64,000 nucleotides of DNA, taken from an uncultured Pseudomonadales bacterium. GTDB taxonomy: Bacteria; Patescibacteriota; Microgenomatia; UBA1400; UBA1449. The position numbers and the translations under genes are program-made. The notes beneath the pieces were generated by a model. That model did not search any database. It was given only the letters and a program-made list of their open reading frames with translations, and was not told the origin of the DNA. The stretch spans positions 12,256-76,255 of the forward strand of contig CAYLQQ010000001.1 in assembly GCA_964386355.1 (NCBI GenBank). Reading direction: 5' to 3'. The number at the start of each line of letters is the position of its first letter. Position 1 is the stretch's first letter. Of the stretch, positions 9,765 to 19,082 are shown one piece after another.

Positions 9765-12249
9765 TATCTTTGACTCAAATGCTGATCACGTATTTTTTGA
9801 TATTAAGCGTGGATTACGCCGCGAGCGCTTTAACGGAGCTGCGATTACAAGATATACAGACTCATTCTCAGGATTTCTGGCTTCCAAAGGTTTCAAATCT
9901 GGAGATGCATATCTGCTATGGGGACCAAATTGCCCCGAATGGGTGATAGCCTATCTAGCAGGTATCCGAAGCGGGTTTTGCACAGTTCCTATTGATGTGC
10001 GTTCCAACTGGAACACTGCCCAGGGGTATATTCACAAAACAAAACCTAAGTTTGCTATTATAAGCCGCTTTCTTCTCCCGTTTTACCAATCACAATTGCC
10101 GGTTTTTGTGCTGGAGGATATTGCCTCATATGCTGCAAGTGAAAAAACTAAACCCCAACCGGCTGACCCTGTAGAAATAGTGTTTACCTCAGGATCCAGC
10201 GGTACCCCAAAAGGTGTTATCATAACCCAGGATAACATACGTAGCCAAATGGATCAGGTGCTTGACCTGTTACCAAAGTTGCCAAAATACGAAACTGTTT
10301 CCATCCTGCCTCTCAGCCACATGTATGAACAAATGTACGGCTTATTTTTACCAATTTTTGCAGTGGGTACTGTCCACTACTTACCCAGAGTCAACCCTTT
10401 GACTATCAGGAAGGAGCTGAAACGTTCTAGCGCTACGTACCTACTCGCAGTCCCTCAAATGCTTCGGGTGATGTACGAAAATATTCTCAATAACGCCCGT
10501 ACTCAGGGGAAAGATACAGCCTTTTCCAAGCTCATCAAAATTAGTGGTTCACTACCAAAACCTATTCAAAGACGTATCTTCCGTCAAATCCATGAACAGT
10601 TCGGAGGCATGCTTGATGTGATTGCTACCGGTAGTGCCCCCCTTGAACCAAAACTAGCCAAATTTTGGGAGCATATGGGATTTAGGATTTTGGAAGGCTA
10701 TGGAGCATCTGAAACATCGGGTATGGCTACTATTTTGCCTTGGCAAAACCGTAAGTTTGGAACCGTCGGAAAACCTTCCAAGCATGCACAGCTTAAGCTT
10801 GACAAAGAACATCAAATTCTTATTAAAGGTCCTATTGTCAGCCCAGGCTACTTTGATGAAGCAGGAAAAACTCAGGAAAGCTTCCGAGACGGTTGGTATT
10901 ATACGGGAGATATTGGCAGCTTTGATGATGATGGGTTTTTAAAAATTACAGGCCGGATCAGTTCTCGCATAGTCTTAAACGATGGGACCAAAGTGTATCC
11001 TGAAGATATCGAGCGTTTACTTAATGACCAACCCGAGATACTCGATAGCTGTATAACTGAGGTTAAAAATGGAGATCATGTTATTGTGCACGCATGGGTG
11101 CTTGGACAAAACCTAAATACTTCAAAATTGTTCAAGGTTATTGAGCGTACAAATCAAAATCTTGAATCAAAACAGCAAATTTCATCATTTGAAGTTTGGC
11201 CGCAACCTGATTTCCCTAGATTACGAAGCCGCAAAGTAGACCGCCAAGCGGTACTTGCATATACCAGCACTAAACAAAATGCCCGCATCCATGATGATGC
11301 ACAAAACCAGCAAGCAAATACAAATGATTTGTATGCAATTCTCAAAGTCATTAGTGGTAAAAAAACTGTTACCAAATCTATGACCCTTGGCTCAGATCTG
11401 GGATTGGATTCACTCAGGCGAATTAATTTGGCTGCAATCGTAGAGCAGCAAATTGGGGTTGAGCTGCATGAGTTTGGTATAACAGCCCAAACGACAGTTT
11501 CACAGCTTGAGGAAATGTTGCACAGTAAATCTCCTCACGATAGTAAACACACAACTGAAGCAATCCTTCATCACTGGCGTTTTCATCGCTTTTTTTCAAA
11601 ACTACGGCCAACTTTACAGCATTTGTGTGTATTTCCTTTCCATAGCTTCTACGTCACACTCGCCATTAATGACTTTGACAAAAACATGCTTTCGAAACTG
11701 ACAGAACCAACACTACTACTTGTCAACCATCCGGGAATGTTTGATATCATCAGTATATTGCGCTGCCTACCAGCACATGTACGCTCAAAACTAGCGCTCC
11801 CCGTAACTGAAGAACGATGGGAAGATGGTAACAAAGGTATCTCAACGCTTATTGATCTGCTATTTGCCGGTTTTCCTATTGGCCAAAAAGGTGCCTGGAT
11901 GGGTATGGGTCTTGAGGCAATCGGCGAGTTGGTGGATAAGGGACACTCAATATTGCTAACCCCTGAAGGTAAAATGCAGCGTGAAGGAAAACAAAATCCA
12001 TTTTTACCAGGACTTGGATATCTTATTAAAGAATTAAAAATACCTGTTTTGATGTGTAAGATCAACGCCGATCAATACCGTACTATATGGCCAGCCCCAG
12101 CTCCCGGAAAGCTAGCTACAGACTCATCTTACTACTTGCCTAAGGCGAAAGGTACAGTTGAGCTTACTATAGCCTATGCGACAATTGATTCAAATCTAAA
12201 TAGTGATGAGCTAACAAAATCTGTTGAAAAACAATTTTCATATTTATGA
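9667..12249 (+). CDS. tri-domain fusion: fatty-acyl-AMP ligase/acyl-CoA synthetase, a phosphopantetheine carrier domain, and a PlsC-type lysophospholipid acyltransferase
   Basis: AMP-binding motifs TSGSSGTPKGV, YGASETSG and TGDIGSFDDDGFLKITGR. Carrier motif LGSDLGLDSLRRI. Acyltransferase HX4D motif VNHPGMFD and PEG motif LTPEGK. The true start is probably an internal ATG near 9697-9736, because the track ORF overlaps the acpS 3' end. Confidence 0.8.
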   Translation: MVLLIFQSATMVNMRLQFARQFLMQTLYSQLHSIFDSNADHVFFDIKRGLRRERFNGAAITRYTDSFSGFLASKGFKSGDAYLLWGPNCPEWVIAYLAGIRSGFCTVPIDVRSNWNTAQGYIHKTKPKFAIISRFLLPFYQSQLPVFVLEDIASYAASEKTKPQPADPVEIVFTSGSSGTPKGVIITQDNIRSQMDQVLDLLPKLPKYETVSILPLSHMYEQMYGLFLPIFAVGTVHYLPRVNPLTIRKELKRSSATYLLAVPQMLRVMYENILNNARTQGKDTAFSKLIKISGSLPKPIQRRIFRQIHEQFGGMLDVIATGSAPLEPKLAKFWEHMGFRILEGYGASETSGMATILPWQNRKFGTVGKPSKHAQLKLDKEHQILIKGPIVSPGYFDEAGKTQESFRDGWYYTGDIGSFDDDGFLKITGRISSRIVLNDGTKVYPEDIERLLNDQPEILDSCITEVKNGDHVIVHAWVLGQNLNTSKLFKVIERTNQNLESKQQISSFEVWPQPDFPRLRSRKVDRQAVLAYTSTKQNARIHDDAQNQQANTNDLYAILKVISGKKTVTKSMTLGSDLGLDSLRRINLAAIVEQQIGVELHEFGITAQTTVSQLEEMLHSKSPHDSKHTTEAILHHWRFHRFFSKLRPTLQHLCVFPFHSFYVTLAINDFDKNMLSKLTEPTLLLVNHPGMFDIISILRCLPAHVRSKLALPVTEERWEDGNKGISTLIDLLFAGFPIGQKGAWMGMGLEAIGELVDKGHSILLTPEGKMQREGKQNPFLPGLGYLIKELKIPVLMCKINADQYRTIWPAPAPGKLATDSSYYLPKAKGTVELTIAYATIDSNLNSDELTKSVEKQFSYL

Positions 12250-13067
12250 CGACCGAAGAATTCTCTCTATTTGTTCAAAACGGGAAATCAAACAATTGTA
12301 TACCGGTATTTGCACATCGCGGATTATCAAGCTTAGCACCAGATAATAGTATCGAGGCTTTTGAACTTGCTTTTTCTCATACGAATGTTAGCGGTGTTGA
12401 ATGCGATGTTCAACGTACAAAAGACGGCCAACTTATCATTTGTCATAACCGATCTGTTCTTATTAACCGTAAGCGTATGTGGCTTGAGGATATAACACTA
12501 TCTGATTACCGTTTAGTCAAACCCGCATCACTATCTCCCCTTTTAATAGATGTAATTAAACTCGTACAATCAAACAATAAAATACTGGATCTTGAACTTA
12601 AGAGCGCTCATATTGCTCAGAAGGTAATAGATCTGTGCAAAAGACACAAGCTCTACGATAGGGTGATTCTGACAACAATATATGAAGAAATATATTGGGA
12701 AATTAAAAAAGCTGATCCACAAGTGGCTATTATGTATGGATATCCCCGTGATAAAGGCAAGGATTTAGCCCAGCAAACATGTACCCAACCATTTGTTAAA
12801 GCGATTGTACAATTCATGAAATGGCGCGCTCCGTATACAGTGCAGGAAATATGTAATCATATTGATACACCATTTATCAGCCTATACCATAAAATTCTTT
12901 CGAAGGAATTAGTAGCTTTACTACATAAAAACAACAAGCTCTGTATCGGCTGTACGATTCGTTTACCCGGGGAAGGTTCATTTGAAGCAAAAAAAATAAT
13001 GGACAGTATGGTAAACATGGATGTTGATCTGATAAAAACAGATTTTCCACAGCTCACATTAAGCTAA
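12246..13067 (+). CDS. glycerophosphodiester phosphodiesterase (GDPD/UgpQ family)
   Basis: FAHRGLSSLAPDNSIEAFELA...ECDVQRTKDGQLIICHN matches the GDPD catalytic motifs HRG...E.D...T.DG..V..HD. Its ATG overlaps the upstream stop (ATGA at 12246-12249). Confidence 0.8.
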   Translation: MTTEEFSLFVQNGKSNNCIPVFAHRGLSSLAPDNSIEAFELAFSHTNVSGVECDVQRTKDGQLIICHNRSVLINRKRMWLEDITLSDYRLVKPASLSPLLIDVIKLVQSNNKILDLELKSAHIAQKVIDLCKRHKLYDRVILTTIYEEIYWEIKKADPQVAIMYGYPRDKGKDLAQQTCTQPFVKAIVQFMKWRAPYTVQEICNHIDTPFISLYHKILSKELVALLHKNNKLCIGCTIRLPGEGSFEAKKIMDSMVNMDVDLIKTDFPQLTLS

Positions 13068-13150
13068 ACTAATCATTGACGATCGATTTTTCTTAGGTAT
13101 AATATGAAAGTACCTACGTATTACATGTGTAACATGATACGTATAACACA

Positions 13151-13176
13151 AAAGCGGTACATCCCGCTTTTTTTAA
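13151..13176 (+). terminator. rho-independent terminator after the lipid operon
   Basis: AGCGG (13154-13158), a 6-nt loop, CCGCT (13165-13169), then a T7 run. Confidence 0.6.
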
Positions 13177-13184
13177 TGAGTACA

Positions 13185-13245
13185 CAAAAAAGTGAACCTC
13201 GTACTTTTGCAGGGGACAAGGTTCACTTTAGCACTTTTTTGGTGC
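13185..13245. terminator. 10-bp stem hairpin (AAGTGAACCT/AGGTTCACTT) flanked by A/T runs on both sides, possibly a bidirectional terminator
   Basis: Stems at 13191-13200 and 13220-13229 with a 19-nt loop. A T6 run follows the stem when read on either strand. Confidence 0.45.
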
Positions 13246-13458
13246 GTTTTTTGATTATAGCACTTACTGAAAATTTGTAACTAGCTTGAGTCAACTCCCC
13301 TGCGTTGTGAATACATGTCACATCGGCAAGATACTTCAATTTTTACACTTTTAATACCAAAAAGTGACTGTTTGCTCACTAAGGCAGCATACCTCTATCT
13401 GATATTCAGTTCAACTTCATTAATACTTTGTTTGACAATGATTTTATTTGCTTAAAAT

Positions 13459-15225
13459 TTATTTGGAAACACTGATAGTTGGAGTTACCTCTCCCCATGC
13501 ACTAGCTGTTATTTTGCCATTTTTGTCAGCAAAGATTGTATATCCGGTATCATCAGATGTTCCATCTAGAGGATCACGCGGGATAGTCTGTATGTATGTA
13601 GGAACTAACGGTATAGTATCTCCCGATGTAACAAGATCAAAGCAGCTCATGCCTGCACCAATACATGTAGCTGTAGTTGGAAATGGATTACCTTCAGCGG
13701 ATCTCGGTAATGCATTATTGTCTGCCTTATATAAAGAGAGCGCTGTAATAATTACTTCCAAATCTGACTTGCGCTTCGCATCCCTGGCTTGGGCATATGA
13801 TGATCCCAAAGGCGAATCGGTAGACTGTTTTTGTTGTTGAGCAGATTGCATTGTCTGCATAATTTGTTTAACAAACTCTTCAACCAAAACTGCATTTGCG
13901 GGAGTATCGATTGGAAGAGTTTTTCCAAAATCGGTAAGGCGAAGTGCCATCACCATGAGTACTGGTTTTGTTGGTACAGCAATGCCCGAGGGAAGTCCAC
14001 TAATTGCTCCGTTTTCAGAAGTAGTTTTTTGAGGGGTTTCAAATTTCATCGAAACCATCATTTTACGCATATAATAGTCTTTTTCATCGATCCACCATGT
14101 CAGTACTACATCTTTTGCATATGTTGATATGGGTTTTTTCTCAGGCGCTGTGAGGTATTGCTGCGAATTTACACCCAGTACTGAAGACGTATTTAGTTTT
14201 GGTAACTGTGTTTCCAAAGTCTGGTCTAGTTTATCTAGTAGTTCAGAGGTAGGTGCAAACTCCATTTTATATGCGTTGCGCCCATCCATTGTATCGTGGC
14301 TCAGTTTAAGATGAGGTAAGATATCTGTTTCAAGAAGCTTGAGGAGAATGGCTTGGGTTGCCTCAGTTTCCGGTGTTTGCGCTGTACGCATCTCCTGCAA
14401 TTGCTTTTGGGCATCTGTATTGAGAGTGGAGGTGTCATAACTAATCCAGTTGGTAATTATGGGTTCAATCTGATTGGCTTCAAGTCCAACTAAGGTATAC
14501 AAAATCGGTGGCACTTTATTGATTTTAAAATACAGCATCTTATCCTTTTTACGTATATCAAAATTAAAATCTTTGGTGATTGATCCATTCAAGGAGAATT
14601 GGGGATTGGCTGTGTCACTCACATCTGAGTAACCTGATATCTCAATATCGATACTATTGCCACCTACTAGGCTCTGGAAATCATCCGAAGATGCGGCCAG
14701 TGAAAAATTTAGACTACTTTTGAGAACCTTCTGATGAGCCAAAGCCGATTTCATTAAGATCACTTTTGGCGGCTTGGGTAAAAGTGGATTTGTAAGAACA
14801 AGCTTGTCTGCTATCAAACTGATTTGCTTATTAGGAATAGTAACCTTACCAGCTGATATTAGATACGCAAGCGCGTTAACAGAAGTTGCAAGTACAAGCA
14901 ATATACCAACTACAGCACCAACTATGAGAGGCAGCTTGCTCCTCTTGTGTGTTGTTGAAGGCAAGGAAGAGCCATCTGCCCCGATATTTCTGATAGTTTG
15001 GGGTGAGAATTGCCTAGTTTGATTCGTTTGAGAAGCTAAACTAGAGGGTTCTAAGACTGGTGAAGCTATCACCGAAACTTCTGGTATCGATATATACCAC
15101 CGATGAGCTTCTTCCAACTGCTCAGCATTCCACCCTGTTGACTTCAGTTGGGAAGATACGTTATCCCATAACAATTGGGATTTTTTACAAGAATCAAGAA
15201 ATGCAATTGAAGCAGTATCCAACAT
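13459..15225 (-). CDS. membrane-anchored protein with a C-terminal type IV pilin/pseudopilin-like domain
   Basis: One hydrophobic helix (LPLIVGAVVGILLVLATSV). The C-terminal ARDAKRKSDLEVIITALSLYKADNNALP resembles the conserved segment that follows the prepilin helix in GspG/PilA-type pilins, but here it sits at the C-terminal end of a 588-aa protein. Confidence 0.45.
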   Translation of the reverse strand: MLDTASIAFLDSCKKSQLLWDNVSSQLKSTGWNAEQLEEAHRWYISIPEVSVIASPVLEPSSLASQTNQTRQFSPQTIRNIGADGSSLPSTTHKRSKLPLIVGAVVGILLVLATSVNALAYLISAGKVTIPNKQISLIADKLVLTNPLLPKPPKVILMKSALAHQKVLKSSLNFSLAASSDDFQSLVGGNSIDIEISGYSDVSDTANPQFSLNGSITKDFNFDIRKKDKMLYFKINKVPPILYTLVGLEANQIEPIITNWISYDTSTLNTDAQKQLQEMRTAQTPETEATQAILLKLLETDILPHLKLSHDTMDGRNAYKMEFAPTSELLDKLDQTLETQLPKLNTSSVLGVNSQQYLTAPEKKPISTYAKDVVLTWWIDEKDYYMRKMMVSMKFETPQKTTSENGAISGLPSGIAVPTKPVLMVMALRLTDFGKTLPIDTPANAVLVEEFVKQIMQTMQSAQQQKQSTDSPLGSSYAQARDAKRKSDLEVIITALSLYKADNNALPRSAEGNPFPTTATCIGAGMSCFDLVTSGDTIPLVPTYIQTIPRDPLDGTSDDTGYTIFADKNGKITASAWGEVTPTISVSK

Positions 15226-15268
15226 ACGTACTAGTATAAAGGTGCTTTTTAGTGATATGCAAATGCAA

Positions 15269-16213
15269 TTACTTTTTCCTTAGTATTGCTACAAACATGG
15301 GGTCAAACCCCTCTTTTGGAAGTACCCTAAGTACCTTGTTCTGATTAAAACCACCTTCGGCCTGATTATGGAAAAGTGATGAACTTCTTACAGGAGTATC
15401 CCAACTTATCAGCTCAAGCTGGTCTCCTTTTTTCCTAAGAAACTCCCCTACTGTTCCCTCGTTTTCAAGCGTATTGACCGCACAGGTTGAGTAAACCATA
15501 GTGCCGCCAGGTTTGAGAGCCAGGAGCAAGCCCCCCAACAATGCCAATTGTCGCTGGTGCAACGTTTTGACCCGGTTTGGTGTCCATTGATTAAGATATT
15601 TGGAATCGTTCCATACATGTTTTTCGCTTGAGCAAGGAGCATCCAGTAAAATCTTATCGAAATGGTTAGGGTACTGTTTAAAAATTGTTTCTGCCAGCCT
15701 ACCCCATATCTCTACAGTTGACACCTGATATTCATCAAACGTATTTTTCATGCGCCTACGACGAGCTAGTGAGAGATCGTTTGCAATGATTGCTATGGGA
15801 AAAGAAGATTTTTGCTCGTTACATCTATAAACAACCCCCAAAGTCTTCCCTCCGGGGGCTGCACAAGCATCCAAAATGAGCTCACCTGGTTTTGCATCAA
15901 GCGCAACAACCGGTACTAGTGATGAGATATTCATGGGGTACAAAAGTTTCTCTTCAAAGCCGGGAACAGTTTCTCCAAAGGGAATTTCAGGCGGCCAGTA
16001 CAAAGCCTCGTTAAACCACTCAACCCTGCGCCAACTTAAACCAGACTTTCCCCACAGAAACCGTATCTGTTCCTCATATTCGGGATTGAAAATAAAAACG
16101 GGAGGATTTTTTTGTTCAAAACTAGTGACAAGTTCGGTAAAACCATCTTCGCCAAATTGTTGTGAGTAATAGCTGACAAATGCTTCTTTACCTTGTAGTT
16201 TCTGTTTTTTCAT
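15269..16213 (-). CDS. RsmB/NOL1/NOP2/Sun-family RNA (cytosine-C5) methyltransferase
   Basis: SAM motif ILDACAAPGGKT, catalytic DAPCS and YSTCA motifs. The track ORF extends to 16321, but the ATG at 16213 or 16234 is the more plausible start given the divergent neighbour. Confidence 0.75.
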   Translation of the reverse strand: MKKQKLQGKEAFVSYYSQQFGEDGFTELVTSFEQKNPPVFIFNPEYEEQIRFLWGKSGLSWRRVEWFNEALYWPPEIPFGETVPGFEEKLLYPMNISSLVPVVALDAKPGELILDACAAPGGKTLGVVYRCNEQKSSFPIAIIANDLSLARRRRMKNTFDEYQVSTVEIWGRLAETIFKQYPNHFDKILLDAPCSSEKHVWNDSKYLNQWTPNRVKTLHQRQLALLGGLLLALKPGGTMVYSTCAVNTLENEGTVGEFLRKKGDQLELISWDTPVRSSSLFHNQAEGGFNQNKVLRVLPKEGFDPMFVAILRKK

Positions 16214-16274
16214 ACCTGTCTTCCAATTAACCATCAAACAATTTTTGTTTGCTTTATAATATCTATTATACGCT

Positions 16275-17045
16275 ATGGATACTAAAGAACCAGAAAAAAC
16301 ACAACCTATCCGTCTAAACAAATACCTTGCTAACCTAGGTATTGCTTCAAGACGCAGTATCGATGAGTTTATTTCTCAAGGTAAAATAAAAATTAATGGA
16401 AAAATACTCAAAGATTTGGGAATAAAAGTTGATCCACAAAAGGATGATATTGAGGTTAACGGTAAAAAGATCGCTCAGCAAACACAAGAGCTGACTTACA
16501 TTATTCTCAATAAACCAAGAGGTGTTTTATCGACTGCTGAAGATGAATCAGGCAGAGTAAGCGTTGTTGATTTGGTCAAGCTTCCAATGCGGCTGTATCC
16601 CGTAGGCAGATTGGATAAGGAGTCCCACGGTTTGATCCTGCTCACGAATGACGGCGATTTGGCTTACAAACTTACCCATCCCAAATTTCATGTCCCAAAA
16701 GTATACCGCGCCAAGATGAGAGGATTTGTAACCAATGAGAATATTGCAAAAATGAGACGGGGTGTCTATCTGGAAGACGGGAAAACTGCACCAGCTAAAG
16801 TTAGAACCATCTATCGTAACAGCAATGAAACCATGTTGGAAATTACATTGTATGAGGGCAAAAAACGCCAGATCCGCCGTATGAGCGCCCACCTCCATAT
16901 AAACCTCCTCGACCTGCAACGCATCGCCATTGGAGCAATTCCATTGGGAGAACTGCAAATGGGTAAGTGGAGAAAGCTGAGTGAAAATGAAGTAGCTAGC
17001 TTAAAAAACTGTGCACTTAACCAACAACAAAGAACCAACAACTAA
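16275..17045 (+). CDS. pseudouridine synthase, RsuA/RluB family, with an S4 domain
   Basis: S4 RNA-binding N-terminus (IRLNKYLANLGIASRR) and catalytic motif VGRLDKESHGLILLTNDG. Confidence 0.8.
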   Translation: MDTKEPEKTQPIRLNKYLANLGIASRRSIDEFISQGKIKINGKILKDLGIKVDPQKDDIEVNGKKIAQQTQELTYIILNKPRGVLSTAEDESGRVSVVDLVKLPMRLYPVGRLDKESHGLILLTNDGDLAYKLTHPKFHVPKVYRAKMRGFVTNENIAKMRRGVYLEDGKTAPAKVRTIYRNSNETMLEITLYEGKKRQIRRMSAHLHINLLDLQRIAIGAIPLGELQMGKWRKLSENEVASLKNCALNQQQRTNN

Positions 17046-17056
17046 CAACCCATCTC

Positions 17057-17635
17057 CTATTCTTCTTTCTCAAACTCCTTATTCTTTTCCATGTCTTTTT
17101 CAATCAACCGGCGTAAATATACTGCCCGTGGCATTTTTTTCTTTTTGGCGATCCAATCCAAATAGTTTACAATATTTGGAGAAACAAAGAAATTAAACCG
17201 AACATCCATTTGGTCTTTAGTGATATCTATATAATCTTCTAAAACATCTCTCAGCGTGTCTCTCGTATATTCTACAATATATAAACTATCTTCTCCTTCA
17301 TCGCGTAACAGATGAGGCTCACAACCCGGCATATGTATGGCAATTACTTGTTTACCATTCGCTATTGCAGAGGCAATTTCTTGTCCAACACCAAAACTTG
17401 GTGTGGTAACCTCAGCAATAACCAAATCTGCATATTTTTTTCGTTTTGTCATGATCCTTTGAACTGCTAAAGCTTGTTCTTCAGTTTGATTTTTTATATC
17501 GTCAGCTTTTTTATTAATCAGATGATCTGCAAACACGTTATGACCCAAATCTTGTAGTTTTTTTATAATTAATGCATAGTTTTCTCTTATTTCTGATGTA
17601 GCCCTTGAAATTGGTCCGGTAAAATATATTTTCAT
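17057..17635 (-). CDS. nucleoside 2-deoxyribosyltransferase-like domain fused to a C-terminal ribbon-helix-helix-like segment
   Basis: MKIYFTGP...VIAEVTTPSFGVGQEIASAIANGKQVIAI fits the NDT/LOG-like Rossmann layout. The C-terminal VRFNFFVSPNIVNYLDWIAKKKKMPRAVYLRRLIEKDM has the beta-alpha-alpha pattern of CopG/Arc RHH domains. Confidence 0.5.
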   Translation of the reverse strand: MKIYFTGPISRATSEIRENYALIIKKLQDLGHNVFADHLINKKADDIKNQTEEQALAVQRIMTKRKKYADLVIAEVTTPSFGVGQEIASAIANGKQVIAIHMPGCEPHLLRDEGEDSLYIVEYTRDTLRDVLEDYIDITKDQMDVRFNFFVSPNIVNYLDWIAKKKKMPRAVYLRRLIEKDMEKNKEFEKEE

Positions 17636-17662
17636 AGTTAAAATTATAATAAATGAGCTTAT

Positions 17663-18361
17663 TTATCTTTTCACAACAAAGCAGTCTTCACATCTAGGTT
17701 CATATGATACTACAGATGATGGAGGAAGCAACTCAGGCTCATCAATTGTGGCTGCTTTACCATCAATAAGCCTTTGTGAATATTTATAGGCTTTTCTTCC
17801 ACACATTTGGCATGTAGCATACAAATTATATGTTTTGTTAGCTTTAAATGTTAATAAGTCGCTTAAAATAAATTCACCACCCTGACTCGTATATAATAAG
17901 CCCATTGCAATTAACCAACCTCCACGCTCAATAAATAGCTTAATTTCATACATTAAGTAGCTCTGTAAATTTGCCGGGGTAAATTGGATTTCATCTATAA
18001 AAATAACATCATTTTCGTGGAACATTTTTTCAATATCACTTTTATTTGAAAATGAAGTTATATGAAGAGACAAACCAGATCTTGATAGGATTTTATCCTT
18101 GGGAACATCTGCTCTATCTAATAAAGGCTGACTAAAGTAAGCTTTTCGATTGCCAATTTTTTGTTTTTTTAAGTTTTCGTTTAAATAAATTGCAACAATA
18201 GATTTACCACTCCTCTCAGGACCATATATAAAAATAATGCCCCCCTCGTCTATAGGCGATCCTGCAATCATATCAGTAATTTCGTCAGCAGTATTTTTTG
18301 CATTTTTTAATACAAAAGCATATATACCGTTAACTTTAGATTTAGGTTCAATTTGTTTCAT
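17663..18361 (-). CDS. tdk: thymidine kinase
   Basis: P-loop IYGPERSGKS, VIFIDEIQF in place of DEAQFF, and a C-terminal zinc ribbon CQMCG...CEDC. Confidence 0.8.
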   Translation of the reverse strand: MKQIEPKSKVNGIYAFVLKNAKNTADEITDMIAGSPIDEGGIIFIYGPERSGKSIVAIYLNENLKKQKIGNRKAYFSQPLLDRADVPKDKILSRSGLSLHITSFSNKSDIEKMFHENDVIFIDEIQFTPANLQSYLMYEIKLFIERGGWLIAMGLLYTSQGGEFILSDLLTFKANKTYNLYATCQMCGRKAYKYSQRLIDGKAATIDEPELLPPSSVVSYEPRCEDCFVVKR

Positions 18362-18384
18362 AGATAATTTATGTTAAATAATGG

Positions 18385-18990
18385 CTATAGTTCGCGCCTA
18401 CCCTCAAAAGCCCGGGAAAGAGTCGTTTCATCCGCATACTCCAGGTCTGCACCTGTAGGCAAACCTCTTCCCAAACGAGTTATGCGGGTAAATATCCCCT
18501 CTTTTTCTAGCAAGCGTTGTAAATATAAAGCGGTAGCCTCACCCTCCATTGTCGGGTTGGTGGCTACCACGATTTCGGTGACTGTATCACCAGATTTTAT
18601 TCTCGGTATTATATCATACAAATGTAATTGGTCAGGGCCTATATTATCTAAGGGGTTTATAGTGCCGTGCAAAACATGATACAGACCTAAGTAGGCGCCG
18701 CTTTTTTCAATAGCCATAATATCCAGGGGTTGTTCAACGACACAGATTATTGTTTTGTCACGCCCTTCATCACTGCAAATGGGACAGGGATCAGTTTCAG
18801 AAATATTAAAACAGGTTGAACACATTTTTGTATTGCGTTTAAGATCTGCTACAGACTTAGAAAAAAAATCCAATTGCTCTTGAGGAACGTGAAGCAAATA
18901 GTATGTCAGACGCTGGGCTGTTTTTGGCCCGATTCCCGGAAGTTTATGAAATGCATCGATACAGTTTTGAATAGATTTTGGTGTCTTCAT
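18385..18990 (-). CDS. recR: recombination protein RecR
   Basis: HhH motif LPGIGPKTAQRL, a C4 zinc finger, and a Toprim region with VVEQPLD. Confidence 0.9.
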   Translation of the reverse strand: MKTPKSIQNCIDAFHKLPGIGPKTAQRLTYYLLHVPQEQLDFFSKSVADLKRNTKMCSTCFNISETDPCPICSDEGRDKTIICVVEQPLDIMAIEKSGAYLGLYHVLHGTINPLDNIGPDQLHLYDIIPRIKSGDTVTEIVVATNPTMEGEATALYLQRLLEKEGIFTRITRLGRGLPTGADLEYADETTLSRAFEGRREL

Positions 18991-19082
18991 GGGAATAGCT
19001 ATTTATCTGTCTAGATTAAAAAAGTCTCATCACCAATCTCCTAATACTATGTTTAAATACGCATCATTTAATTAGCTGCTAT

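Noticed and set aside
13448-14314. ORFs 13448..13840, 13831..14127 and 14129..14314 on the plus strand
   Set aside because: They overlap the long minus-strand pilin-like gene. No motifs. Treated as shadow ORFs.
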